Assembly: GCF_018977255.1 (NCBI RefSeq)
Contig: NW_024704742.1
Coordinates: 138,944,001 to 139,008,000 of the forward strand
DNA length: 64,000 nucleotides
Reading direction: 5' to 3'
Source of the DNA: Callorhinchus milii
Taxonomy: Eukaryota
The notes below the pieces were generated by a model. It was not told the DNA's origin. It saw only the letters and a list, made by a program, of their open reading frames with translations, and ran no database searches. A program made the position numbers and the translations under genes. Every line of letters begins with the position of its first letter. Position 1 is the stretch's first letter. Below are positions 35,462 through 47,809 of the stretch, piece by piece.

Positions 35462-35621
35462 TATATGCTTATTAAAGCTGCAAAGTTTCAAATTACAACC
35501 AGATTCACAAAATCCTTGAAGGTATATCCAATCTCCAATTTTGCATTTGGATATACCTCCAAGGATTTTGTGAATGTGGTTGTAATTTTATCTAAAACTG
35601 CACAGCTTTAATAAGCATATA
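35462..35621. repeat. Imperfect inverted repeat (hairpin), ~70-bp arms, 15-nt loop
   Basis: TATATGCTTATTAAAGCTG/CAGCTTTAATAAGCATATA and AAATTACAACCAGATTCACAAAATCCTTGAAGGTATATCCAA/TTGGATATACCTCCAAGGATTTTGTGAATGTGGTTGTAATTT. Confidence 0.92.
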
Positions 35622-36192
35622 TCATTCTACATAGATGCATATTAAATACATAGTGTGAAACAGATGATAAACTGATGCTCTAAGGACACCTTATGTAGAA
35701 ATATTATGTAGTATAAGGAAACCACCATTTTCGCTGACATTCTTCATTTTAATCTCCACTGAGCGCTATCTTTGCATAAAATAATGGCTAGTTTATATTT
35801 TGGCCTTCTTTTTGCACTTGCCAACATGCAGAAACAACCTATTGATGTCCACCTCATGGAATCATTTCAAAATCTTAAACACCTCTAACAGGCCTACAAT
35901 CAACCATCTCACCTCCAGAAAGAAAAACTCTTAACTTGTCCAATCTGGATAGTTGTATCCATTTATCCCTCGTAGTAACATCTAAGTAAATCTACACTGC
36001 ACTCCCTCCAATGCTACAATATCCTTCTTGTGGTATAATGACAGAACTGCACACAGTTTTGCACCTACTAATAGAAAGCAGGAAACAATTTTGTTGTAGA
36101 ATCAACGTAATGATCACCATTTGAAATATTCAGTATTTAAGTTTCAATACCCCACAAAATTATGGAAATAGGATGTGTCCCATTAGAATACA

Positions 36193-36540
36193 TGTGGAGT
36201 AGCTTAGTGGTTAGAGCACTCGCCTCGCAAGTGAGAGGACCTGGGTTCGATTCTGAAACGTTGGGCAAGTTTCCTAACTCCACAGGTCTCTACCTAGCAG
36301 TAAGTAGCAACCCAACTGTTAGTCGCTTGGTGGATCGCTTTTAGGGGGTGTAATAATCACTTCAAAAAAAATTACAATTGTTCATAACTGTTTGTGGAAC
36401 ACTATCGTGCGCAATTGGCTACCGTGTTTCACTCACAAAATATACAGTCAATTCACTTTACAGTATATTCTGTGAAGCGCTTTGAAACATCTTGAAGACA
36501 TAAGGCACTGTATCAAATGCAAGGATTATTATTAATAATA
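36193..36540 (+). mobile_element. tRNA-derived SINE, long subfamily
   Basis: Full head to tail. Confidence 0.88.
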
Positions 36541-36589
36541 GAGCCATTTCCAGAAAAGGCACTGTAATGCTGATGCAGGAAATCCTCAG

Positions 36590-37760
36590 CGGGCTCCGCC
36601 TGCTTCACGTCCCCACCCTGCCTAGCCCACCATTGGCGGGGGGGCCTTCAGTCACTCTGCCCCCACCCTCTGCAACTCCATCCCACAGTCCCTCCATCTC
36701 GCCTCCTCCCTTGCCTCCTTGAAAACCTGTCTCAAGACCCTCCTCTTCGACCGTGCCTTCAGTCACCCTCCTATACCTACCCCCCTCCACCCCACCTGAT
36801 CCGAACCACCTGCGGATCCCTGCCTGTCCAGCCCCTTATGACGTCCTCCTGACATGAAACACTAAATACAAATGTAATGTGTTCTTGTCACACCTGTCTC
36901 CCCTCCTCCTTCATCACCACCATATCCAGCAAGAAACGCACCACTTACTCCCTTAACCCCACCACTCTCCTCACCCCTCTACTCTCCGACACCATCAATC
37001 TCTCCCTATCATCTGGCACCGTTCCCATCCCCCTAAAAACAGCTATAATCACCCCCATCCTGAAAAAATCTTCCCTGGACCTATCCCTGCTTTCTAACTA
37101 CCTGCCCATCTTTAACCACCCTTTTCTTTCAAAGGTCCTTAAAAGAGATGTTGCTTCCCACCTTCAATAACAACAACAACTTGCATTTATATATTGCCTT
37201 CCACACCGAGCGGCGTTTCAGGTCACTTAACAATGGCGGTGCCCGAGGCCAAGCCAGTGGGAGGGGAAGTTGAGCATAGGCCCGGTAAAAGAGGAAGGTC
37301 TTCAGGCGCGACCTGAAGATGGGGAAGGAGGGGGCAAGGCTAAAGGGTTGAGGGAGGGAGATCCAAACTTTCGGGGCGTAGTGGCTGAAGGCACACTGCC
37401 GATGGTGGAGCGGAGAATTCGGGGGACACGGAAGAGGCCAAACCCAGTAGAGCGGAGACAGCGGGTACTGCTGTGGGGAGTGAGGAGGTTCTTCCTTTGC
37501 TCCTTCCTCTCCCTTCGTGAGTCCCTGTGATCAGCATGGAAACTGCTCTACTCGAGGTGACAAACGATATCCTGTCCACCTGTGACCAGGGCTCCCTCTG
37601 CCTCCTCATTATCCTCAACCTCTCTGCTGCCTTCGCTATCTTGGACCACTCCATCCTCCTTCACCGTCTCTCCTCTCATCTCAACCTTTAAGGCGTTGTC
37701 CTTGAATGGTCTTATCTGTCACACTGTATCCAACCATCTGTTTCCTTCTCCCTCGTGTGA
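36590..37760. mobile_element. Mosaic of L2 fragments in both orientations
   Basis: Plus-strand tail 36590-36880; plus-strand RT pieces 36900-37168 and 37500-37760; minus-strand tail 37169-37490. Confidence 0.8.
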
Positions 37761-37894
37761 GGGTCTAGCTTCCTCTTAAATGCATCTATACTATCAATTC
37801 AACCATCGTTTCAGGTTTCACAATCTGTGCGTGAAGTAGTTCCTCCTAAATTCTCATTTTGATCCCTCTAGTCACGATCTTATACTTGTATCCA

Positions 37895-38465
37895 TATGAA
37901 CAGAAGAAGGCCATTCAGCCCCTCCAGCCTGTTCTACCATTCTACTGGATCATGGCTATCTGTACTTTCTCCCTTTACCCAGCTTTGCTCCATATCCCTT
38001 GATAACCTTACCTAACAAAAATCGATCAACCTCAGTCTTGAAAATTCGAACTGATCCAGCATTAACAGCCTTTTGGGGGACAGAGTTCCAGATTTCCCTT
38101 TGTGCGAAAAAGTGCTTCTTGATTTCACTCCTAAGTGGCCCAGCTCTAACTTTAAGATTATGGCCATTGTTCTGGATTTTCCCACCAGAAGAAATAGTTT
38201 CTCTTTATCTACCCCATCAAATCCCTTTATCATTTTAAACTCATCAATTAGATTCTTCAAAACTCAAGGGAATATGAATCAAGTCTATGTCCTCATAGAA
38301 TCATACAGCACAGAAGGAGGCCATTCGGCCCATCGTGTCTGAGCCGGCTCTTTAAAAAGAGCTTCCAAATCAATCACACTCCCTGCTCTCTACCAATAGC
38401 CCTGCAAACTTGTTCTCTCCAAACTGATTCAATAACAACTTACAAAAGGGAATTAGATAGGCACT
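37895..38465. mobile_element. CR1 3' fragments (mainly minus strand)
   Basis: KMIKGFDGVDKEKLFLLVGKSRT; ATAGAATCATACAGCACAGAAGGAGGCC tail. Confidence 0.8.
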
Positions 38466-39361
38466 TGAAAAGTAGCTCTTCCAAAGGGTTTTGATTTGCA
38501 GGTTTAACAGGACTGAGTGGGATGAATCCCACTCCCAGTGACTTGTCTGTCCCTCCAAGTCCTGTCATTGAGCCAAACTGGCTGGTGTGTCATCACCAGT
38601 GCCCTGGAGTACTCACCTGGCTCTAACCTGACATTTTGTTGTCAAGCAAGTTACCTTGGAGACAGTTCAGCTCCAAAATGATCCCACTTACCTTTAAATT
38701 TGGGGGTTTTTTTTTGGTCAGCTATTTTTCTGACATGCAGAAACTCATCACAATGTTTAAGAGTATCCTCTAACCAAACAGATTCGATGCTTAAGAGTAA
38801 ACTATCTACACGTGGAAATACCCGCGTATTGAAATAGAATGCACACACTCTCTGCGGAGGGACGCATCTTACTTTCCTTACTCCAGAGTGTAAGGTGCAG
38901 CTCGGCAAGAGCCAAGGCTTGGGGGAACTACAGAGTATGCAATGAGGCATTGTTGTTTAACCAGATAAAACTGCAATAGCTTGTCATTGAGAGCGCTGTG
39001 AGACAAGCTTTCCAATGCTGATCCAGCTGGGACCACCCTACTCATTAAGGTTTGGGCTTGCAGGGGTAATTGGAGCTGAATGGGAAGAATCCCTATCCCT
39101 AGTGATCGGTCTGCACCTCCAAGTCCTACTGACGAGCCGGGCTGCAGTGCTCTGGAGCACTGCAGACCCGCCTGATCAGGAACTGGACTAAAGACCGCCC
39201 CTAATGCGCAGTGAGGTCAGTGCAGCTTATAAGATTCCCAGGTAAGCAGAACAATATGGGTTTGCAAACAGAAACGCACAATTCTGTCAGCATTGCCTGA
39301 AACAGATACCCCAAATCTGTCCCCTTTAATGCAGTCCAATATTTCATTGATGAATACATTG

Positions 39362-40315
39362 AACAACAACAAAATAACATTTGTATAGTGCCTTTCACGT
39401 CGGGAGGACGTCCCAAGACGCTGGACAGTGACAGCATTTCAGACCTGAGCTGGGGTCATGGGGGGAGAAGGGAGGTAGCTGACGGCATGGTCGAAGAGGA
39501 GGATTTTGAGGCGGGACTTGAAGGAGGCTAAGGAGGGGGCGAGGCAGAGTGATTGGGGGATGGAATGCCAGAGGTTGAGGGCAGAGTAGCTGAAGGCTCT
39601 CCCGCCAATGGTGGGGCGGGTGGGTCGGGGGAGTGGAGCAGCCGGAGCCGACTGAGCAGAGGGAGCGGGCGGGTTGGTAGGGGGTTAGGAGGTCGCAGAG
39701 GTAGTGTGGGGTGAGGCCATGGAGAGCTTTGTAGGTGAGGACCCGGAGCTTGAACTGGATCCTCTGAAGGATAGGGAACCAATGGAGTCGGGCGAGAATG
39801 GGGGAGATGGGGTCACAGAGTTTGGTGCGGGAGAGGACACGGCTGCAGAGTTAGTTCTGGATTATCTGTAGCTGTGGAGGGAGGAGTTGGGAAGGCCAAC
39901 AAGCACGGTGTTTGCATAGTCGAGCCGATGAAGGCATGAACAAGAGTTTCATTGGCCTGAGGGGTGAGACAGTGGCGGAGTCAGGCGATGTTACGGAGGT
40001 GAGGGAAGGCAGAGCGGGTCATAGCTTGGATGTGGGGGAGAAAAGACAGTTGAGGGTCGAACAAGACACCGAGGTTCCTGATGGGTTGGTGAGTTGAAGC
40101 GTGCAACCATGGAGGTTGATGCTGCCACAGCCTGAGGTGCGGAGGCGCTGGCGTGAGCCAATCAGGAGGGCCTCAGTCTTGTTCACATTCAACTGTAGGA
40201 AATTTGCCCTCATTCAGGACTTGATGTCCAACAGGCAGTCTGTCAGGACAGCAGTGGTCCAGGAGTTGAGGGTGGAAGCAGAAAGATAGAGTTGGGTGTC
40301 ATAAGGTGGATGTCA
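39362..40315 (-). mobile_element. L2 3' fragment
   Basis: MRANFLQLNVNKTEALLIGSRQRL; tail at 39362. Confidence 0.88.
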
Positions 40316-40886
40316 ACAGACAACCTTGAGTTACGCTCTTTTCAGTTCAGTGAATTTACCATCAACATATACAAGATCCTCGCTGTTCTCTGCCCCAATC
40401 TCATTACAGCCTTTAGGTACTCAACATTAATGCCAGTGTACTGCCTTACCATTAGCAAAGTGATGCAATGTGGCATCCACTTCCTAAGTCCTTCAATCTG
40501 CCTTTCTGCCCCACACTACGGAACTCCATCCTACCCCTCCCAACAGCTCTTCTACTCTCCATGCAGATAGATCTCTACTATGGCCTGTTTGGTCAGACGC
40601 CAACTACACATAATGCTCCCACCAGACCCTCAAGGATATGCTCATTGATCTGTTGTAGAACACCAGACTTGTCCAACGCATTGGACTAGCCCAGCCAGCA
40701 CCGCTGACAGACTCCAGCCAGCTGAATAAAGATTTCGGATCATTCTTGTGTAGTTGTACTGCCTTATGTGACCCACTGATCCCGCTTCATTTTCCAAATC
40801 TTTTGGGGTGCTAGTGCCACCTGGCAATGGATGGTGCTAAATGGTACGCATAATCTAGTAGGATGACACTTAACAGTGTTTTAGAC

Positions 40887-42072
40887 ATACAATACAAAAT
40901 TACATTTGTATACAACCTTTCACATAGGGAGGACGTCCCAAGACGCTGGACAGTCAGGGATTTGGACCTGAGTTGGTGGTCAGGACTGGGGAAGCTGGAG
41001 GGCAGGGGGGGTAGCCAAAGGCTCAGTCGAAGAGGGTTTTGAGATGCGCCTTGAAAGAGGCAAGGGAGAGAGCGAGGCAAAGCGAATGTGGGGTGGAGTT
41101 CCATAGGGTAGGGGCAGAAACAACAAGATTTCATTTATAGAGCGTCTTTCATGTCGGGAGGACGTCCCAAGGCGCTGGACAGTTGGGTCAGGACCTGAGC
41201 ATTGGGAGGAAATGGTCAGGATGAGGGAAGGGAGGGAGCGAGGAGGGGGGAAATCGTCAGGATGAGGGGAGGGAAGGTAGCGAGGAGAGGGTAGAGAGTC
41301 GAGAGTGGAGCTGAAGGCACGGACAAAGAGAAAGGTCTTGAGACCGGCCTTGAAGGAGGAAAGGGAGGAGGCGGCGAAGGCACTGGGGGATGGAGTTCCA
41401 GAGCCTCGGGGCTGAAGGCTCGGCCACCGATGGTAGGGCGGTTGGGGCGGGGGATGTGGAGCAGACCGGAGCCAGAGGAACAGAGAGTAAGGGCAGGTAG
41501 GTAGGGGGATAGTAGGTCGGAGGGGTAGGAAGGAGCGAGGCCGTGAATGGCCTTGTCGGTGAGGATGAGGATCTTGAATTCGATCCTCTGGGGGATGGGG
41601 AGCAGTGGAGGTGAGCGAGGGCAAGGGTGGGAGTGAGGGTGAGGACGAGGGTGATGTAGTCGCGAAGCCTGGTGCGGGACAGTACATGAGCTGCAGAGTT
41701 CTGAATGACCTGCAGTGTGGAGGGAGGGCCGGGAAGGCCGGCGAGGAGAGAGTTCCCATAGTCCAGCCTTGAGGTGATAAAGGCGTGGACCAGAGTTTCA
41801 GCCGCGTGAGGAGTGAGGTAGTGCCGTAGTCTGGCGATGTTTCGGAGGTGATGGTCAGGCCTTCAGCCTTTCTGCCCCCACCCTGTGGAACTCTATCCCA
41901 CATTCCCTTCACCTCGCTCCCTCTCTTGCCTCCTTCAAGGTGAATCTAAAACCCTCTTCTTCGACCAAGCCTTCGGCCACTCTCCCTGATCTCCAGCTCG
42001 GGTCCAAATCCCTGACCTTGGGACATCCTCCTGACATGAAAGGTATTATACAAATGTCATTTTGTATTGTAT
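40887..42072. mobile_element. Young L2 (41119-41854, minus) between two inverted L2 3' tails (40887-41118 minus; 41855-42072 plus)
   Basis: Central part nearly matches 5819-6525; outer arms are mutually reverse-complementary and end in TTTGTATTGTAT. Confidence 0.85.
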
Positions 42073-43579
42073 AATTATTGTTAATAGAAAGTTGGGGAAA
42101 TATCATAGTTATTGCATTAATGTAGAATCTACATGTTGGGAATTTTCTTTGCAATTACTTGGATGTTTTCCTGAACATCCTGATAGCTCAACAGGATTTG
42201 CATTCGAGTTTATAAACAATAAATATTCCTTACATTTGAGCTTGTAAAGTCAATACATCTCGAGCCATTTCTCAATTAATTGCTGTCAAGTGGAGTGATT
42301 GAATTTGTAGACAACCACAGTCGCCAAAATGCACACAGCAACAGCCATGAGGTGAACTATCAATGTACATGGAGAAATACTGACCAGGAAACCAGGAGAT
42401 TGATTGCCACAATTAGTTAACATTGCCAGCATTATCGGAGCCACAACCAGGATGGTAAAAGGTGAGCGAGATGGATCTTGTTTTTTTCATCAAGCAATTC
42501 CAATGTTCCTAATGATCTGAATGGCTAAGTCCTGCACAGAAATGTTCTGTTTTTCAGGTTTCCTGGTCAAAAAACCTCCAGATAAGTTAGTCATTCACTT
42601 CATGATAGTTTCTAGGACATCGCTGTGTGCAATTTAGACGTTGCATTTACTTACAAATAGTCAATACACTAATTAATTGTAAAATAACTTGAGACAGTTG
42701 ATATTATTGGTGCTATACTGTTACTGTGTGGTAGCCTCGCTCGGTATAATGGAAACAGCCCTAATCCAGTCTTTAAGGACAAGTTTCAGATTTCCACTAC
42801 CCTGTGGGTGAAAAACTGCCTCCTAATTTCACTCCTAAATGGGTCAGCTCAAATTTATAACATTTTGCCCCCTTGTTATGGATTCCCCCACCAGAGGAAA
42901 TAGTTTCTCTGTAGCTACCCTATCGAATCTCTTTATTTTAAAAACCTCAATTAGATCACCCCTTAACCTTCTAAACTGCATCCCCTCCAGAGCCAATATA
43001 ACCTTCCTGAGGTGCGGTGCCCATAACTGAACGCAGTACTCCAGATGGGGTCTGACAGCTGAAGCGTCATTTTGTTATATTAAGCCATGGTCTCGCGTGC
43101 CTGATCGGTTGGATGTTAATGAACCCATGGATCTCTATTCAAAAGAGGAGTTTCTCCCAGTGTTTCTTCCTGGCCAACAATCGTCCAAATAATATTGATC
43201 ATTCACTTCATGGCTGTTTGCCACATTCATGTACAAAATACAGTCATTTTACAATCACTTTTTTTATCCTGTGAAGTGCTTTAAGACATTCTCCTGACAT
43301 GAAAGGCGCTATAATAAAAATAATTGCATTTGAAATAATGTTATTATATCAAATGTAGTTCATATCTGCCAAAATGTTACCTTTGTTGTTGGTAAATTTG
43401 GATGAGAACAGTATATATGCAAAATAACAACAGCAACGAATTGCATTTATACAGTCTTTCACATTGTAAGGATCTACCACAGGACAGTGAAGGGTTTAAC
43501 TGGATGAAATCCTCAAAACTCCATCTTTCTTTGAAATAGTAAGTACACTGTTCACAAATGAAAGACGGTTTGTTGCTTA

Positions 43580-44138
43580 ATAATTTGGTCACTCAATCCC
43601 CGACTGTTTGTGGGACACTCGCTGTTGTGCACAATTGGCTGCTGCGTTCCGCTGACAAAATATACAGTGAATTCACTTTACAGTAAATTTTGTGAAGCGC
43701 TTTGAGACATCTCGAAGATGTGATAAGACGCTGTATCAAATGCAAGGATTATTATTATAAATGTGAAGTGTAAATAATAATCCTTGCATTTGATATAGCG
43801 CCTTATCATGTCTTCGAAATGTCTCAAAGCGCCTCACAGAATATACGGTAATGTGAATTGACTGTATATTTTGTGGGAAAGCGCAGTAATCAATTGCACA
43901 CAGCAGTGTTCCACAAACAGTCAGGGATGAAAGTGACTAATTTTTTTTTCTGAAGGAATTATTACCCCCGGAAAAGCGATCTGCCAATTGACTAATAACC
44001 AGGTTCCTACCTACTGCTAGGTAAACAGAGGCGTGCAGAGTAAGGAAACTTGCCCAACATTTTGCCCTACTGGAAATCGAACCCAGGTCTCCGGCTTGCG
44101 AGGCGAGCACTCTAACCACTGAGCTACAAGACCCCACA
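43580..44138. mobile_element. Tail-to-tail SINE pair (43580-43757 plus; 43774-44138 minus)
   Basis: Both show body and (TTA)n tail, ~16 nt apart. Confidence 0.88.
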
Positions 44139-45103
44139 ATATGCAGCATGTGGTGCAGGAAACAGACTATTTACAGAAGCATTCATAAGTGTGAAGTTTT
44201 AAGTCAATCTGTGGTACATGCTCCTTCCACCAGCGGCCCCCAATCTTATCATGTAAAAAACCTGATTGGTGGCCAGTGACCTCTGCTGGAAAAGCCATGT
44301 ATAAACATCAAGTGATGATAGGATCAGGTTTGTCTGCAGAACGAGAAAGTAGTTTCTCCCAGGGTCCTGGCCAACCAATCCTTCAGATAACATTTGACAT
44401 TCACCTCACGGCTCTTTGTGGAACATTAATGTGCACAAATCGGCTGCCGCGTTCACCCATAAAATACAGTCACTTTACAATATATCCTGTGAAGTGCTTC
44501 GAGACGTCCTCCTGACGTGAATAGCGCTATATCAAATGCAAGGATTATTTTAAAAGGTCATTTGTGAGGGAGTTGAGGTGTAGTTCTAAGGGAAAAGGAA
44601 AGGATGGAGGGGATAGAAAATGAGGACAGGAGGATGTGAAGATAGAAGGAAATGATCAGTCGTCAAGATCTTGAAAAATAACTCAGTAAAAGTGACAATG
44701 ATTGTAGTTGATATCCTTCATACAGTTAACAGGAATATCTGCAGTTTGTATGAAATGTATGGTACGGAATTTAGTATTCTACACATTCCAGTCAATGGTA
44801 CACTGCAATGCTCGGCTTTTAGTAGTCACACTCATCCCTCTAGGGATTGAAACTCCACCACTAATCTAACAGTTCCCATCCAGTTAGAGATATTATAGTA
44901 AACCTATCATATTAGTCATTGTCCCTGCAAACATTTTAGGCTATGATATTCAGCATTCAAGTGTGAACATGCAACTATAATCATACCCAGCATACACACA
45001 ACAGAAACAGATGCTCTGGATGGTGACAGGATTGTCAGTCTGCTTGAAACTAAATTGTTCAAATTAGATGCATGCTATAATTTTGTTCGTAGAATGATAT
45101 TGT

Positions 45104-45469
45104 AATAATCCTTGCATTTGATATAGCGCGTTATCACATCTTTGAGACGTCTCAAAGCACTTCACAGAATATACTGTGAAGTGAATTCACTGTATATTTT
45201 GTGGGTAAAGTGCGGCAGACAATTGCGCACAGCAGTGTCCCACAAATAGTTTGTGTATTGAGTGACCAAATTAACATTATTTTCCACGGATTATTATCCC
45301 CCAGAAAAGCAATCCGCCAGTCGACTAACAGGGTTCCTACTTACTGCTAAGTAAACAGAGGCGTGTAGCGTAAGGAAACTTACCCAACATTTCGCCCTGC
45401 CCAGGAATCAAACCCAGGTCCTCTTGCTTGCAAGGCAAGTGCTCTACCCACTAAGCTACATGACTCCAC
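45104..45469 (-). mobile_element. tRNA-derived SINE, long subfamily
   Basis: Full head to tail. Confidence 0.88.
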
Positions 45470-45959
45470 GTACTGCTGTAATTGTACAGCTGCTATTATC
45501 AGTATTGTTTTTTTTTTAAAAATCAGTGGTGCTTTTTCTTACACAAAATCTCAAACACAAATTGAAATCCAGTTTAAAACAATTCCATCTAAACCAGCAT
45601 GTTAACAACAACAACAAAACAATTGTAAAACGCCATTCACGTCGGGAGGACCTCCCAAGGCCGTGGACAGACAAGAGTTACGGACCCGAGCTGCGGGTCG
45701 GGGGAGGAAGCAGGGAGATCAAAAGCACGGTCGAAGGAGGTTCTTGAGGTGGGTCTTGAAGGGGCGAGATGGAGGGACATGTTAAATGCTCAATATCTGC
45801 AGCAAATATTTTTAAAACATTTTATGTGTAAAACAATGTTAATGGGTTAGTTTACATTCTAGATTTCTGTTTGTATTTCAAAGTGGTACTAATGTATTGT
45901 TATATATTAATTACACTTCACAAGTTTTGTAACTTAACTTTACATTCAATTACAAAACG

Positions 45960-46653
45960 GAACAACTTGCATTTATATAGTGTGCTTCACACAGGATAGG
46001 TTCTCAAGAATGCTGCGGAATGGTGGGCTTCAACAGCAAGGGATAGGTGACCAGAGGTAGGTCTTAAGGAGAATTTTAACGATAGATAAAGAGAGGCAAG
46101 GCGGAAGTATAGAGGCAGGGAGAGTTCCAGAGGTTAGAGGCACAGTGACTGATTGCATGGCCACTGAAGGTCACGTGGAGGGATTGGTGAACACGCAGCA
46201 GATCCGCGTCTGCTGAGCAATCAGATGGGTAGTGGAGTGGGGTACAGAGAAGTAAGAGAGGTATGGAGGTGCAAGGGTGTGAATTCATTTACAGGTATAA
46301 GTGGGGATTTTGAAATCGATCTTTCACAGACAGGGAGCCAATGCAGCCTGGCAAGGATTGGGATGCAGAGTTTGGTATGGGTGAGGATCCCAGGCAGGTC
46401 AGGGCGAAACCTTGGCCAAGTTTCCTTACTCCTCACAGAGCCTATTAATAATCCCTCCAAAACCAAAAACAATAATAAATTGGTCATTTTCAATCTACGA
46501 CTGTTTGTGGGACATTGCTGTGCGCAATTGGCTGCCGCGTTCGCCCACAAATATACAGTCAATTCACTTTACAGTGTGTTCTGTGAAGCGCTTTGGGATG
46601 TCCTCCCGACGTGAAAAGCGCTATATCAAATGCAAGGATTATTATTATTATTA
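45960..46653. mobile_element. Old L2 3' fragment (minus, 45960-46398) followed by a 5'-truncated young SINE (plus, 46400-46653)
   Basis: PILARLHWLPV motif; SINE body near-identical to 49010-49260. Confidence 0.85.
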
Positions 46654-47809
46654 ATCCTCCTGACATGAAAGGTGCAAGATTATTATTTTAATGTAACAGC
46701 AGAGACTGCAAAGTCTAACTAATTTTTAGGGCTGCAGAACCACAGAACTGCCCAACATAGTTGTCGGTCTTTGCTCCTCCAAGAAGCCATCCAACCAAAT
46801 CCATCCAATTCCCCGCTCTTGTCATACCTTTGAATACCTTGCCTCTGCAAATGTGTCCAATTCCATTTAAATGTCCCAATCAACTCTGCTCAAACAGACA
46901 ACCCTGGCAAATCATTCCACAACCTGACAATGTTTTGGCAGAAAAAGTTAATTTGAACCTCTCTCTTTATTGCCCCAGTCACAATTTTCAATTCATGCCC
47001 CTTTGTCGTTAAATCCCCTACCACAGAAAGGGTTTGTCCCAATTAATTCTCAAATCCTTTCATTATCTTAAACACCTCCATCATATCAGCCTTAACCTTT
47101 TCTTTTCCAAAGGGAAATCTCCTATCCTCTTTAGCCACTCCTTCTAAGCATATCCTTTCATCTCGAGTATAATCCTTGTAAACCCACACTGCACCTTCTC
47201 AATATCTCTAAAATTCCTTTACAATATTCCAGCTGTGGCCTAACAGCGTCTTATAAAGATGCATCTGGAAAACAATTTCAAAGGGAAATGGAGCGACTTT
47301 CACAGATCATTTTGTCTGAATGATGAGGCTTAAATAATGACTTTAGCAAATGCTGACAAGAACTGACCTTTTCCTCCAGGTCTCCAATACAGCTAGCTTC
47401 TGCCAGAAGCCAGTTGGCAGGGAGGAGAAAGCATTAGACCTTCATTGGAATATTTGTAATACACACAGGAGTGGCACCACTAGAGAATTGTAACTTTTCA
47501 GAGGAGGCCTTAAATGGCAGTTTGTAATCACGTGGAATGGTGCTTTCACTGTATTAATTCTCTACAACCACATCTGAAAATAAAACATCTTGCTTTAATA
47601 AATGTTGTGGTTTTAAATCACCCCCCAGAACAGTAATACTCAGAAAATACTGACTGCCTTGTTGAACATGACGTTCAGCCAAGGTCAGTCCAGTGGGAGG
47701 ATTTCAACAAATACCAGGGAGTTCTGCTGGTGTCCTTTCTCCTCACCTTCACCTAAAACACATGAGTTTTTCACAACTGTCATTTCTGGGTTCAAATATT
47801 TGTAAATAT

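Noticed and set aside
39129..39177. CTGACGA followed by a long stem, resembling a hammerhead
   Set aside because: The stem is followed by CTGATC rather than GAAA, and the sister copy at ~51987 lacks the core too.
40980..41912. 310-aa ORF
   Set aside because: Off-frame reading of fused L2 fragments; no coherent protein.
44274..44289. Second CTCF-like motif CCAGCAGAGGTCACTG (minus)
   Set aside because: One core mismatch and no other support; too weak to call.
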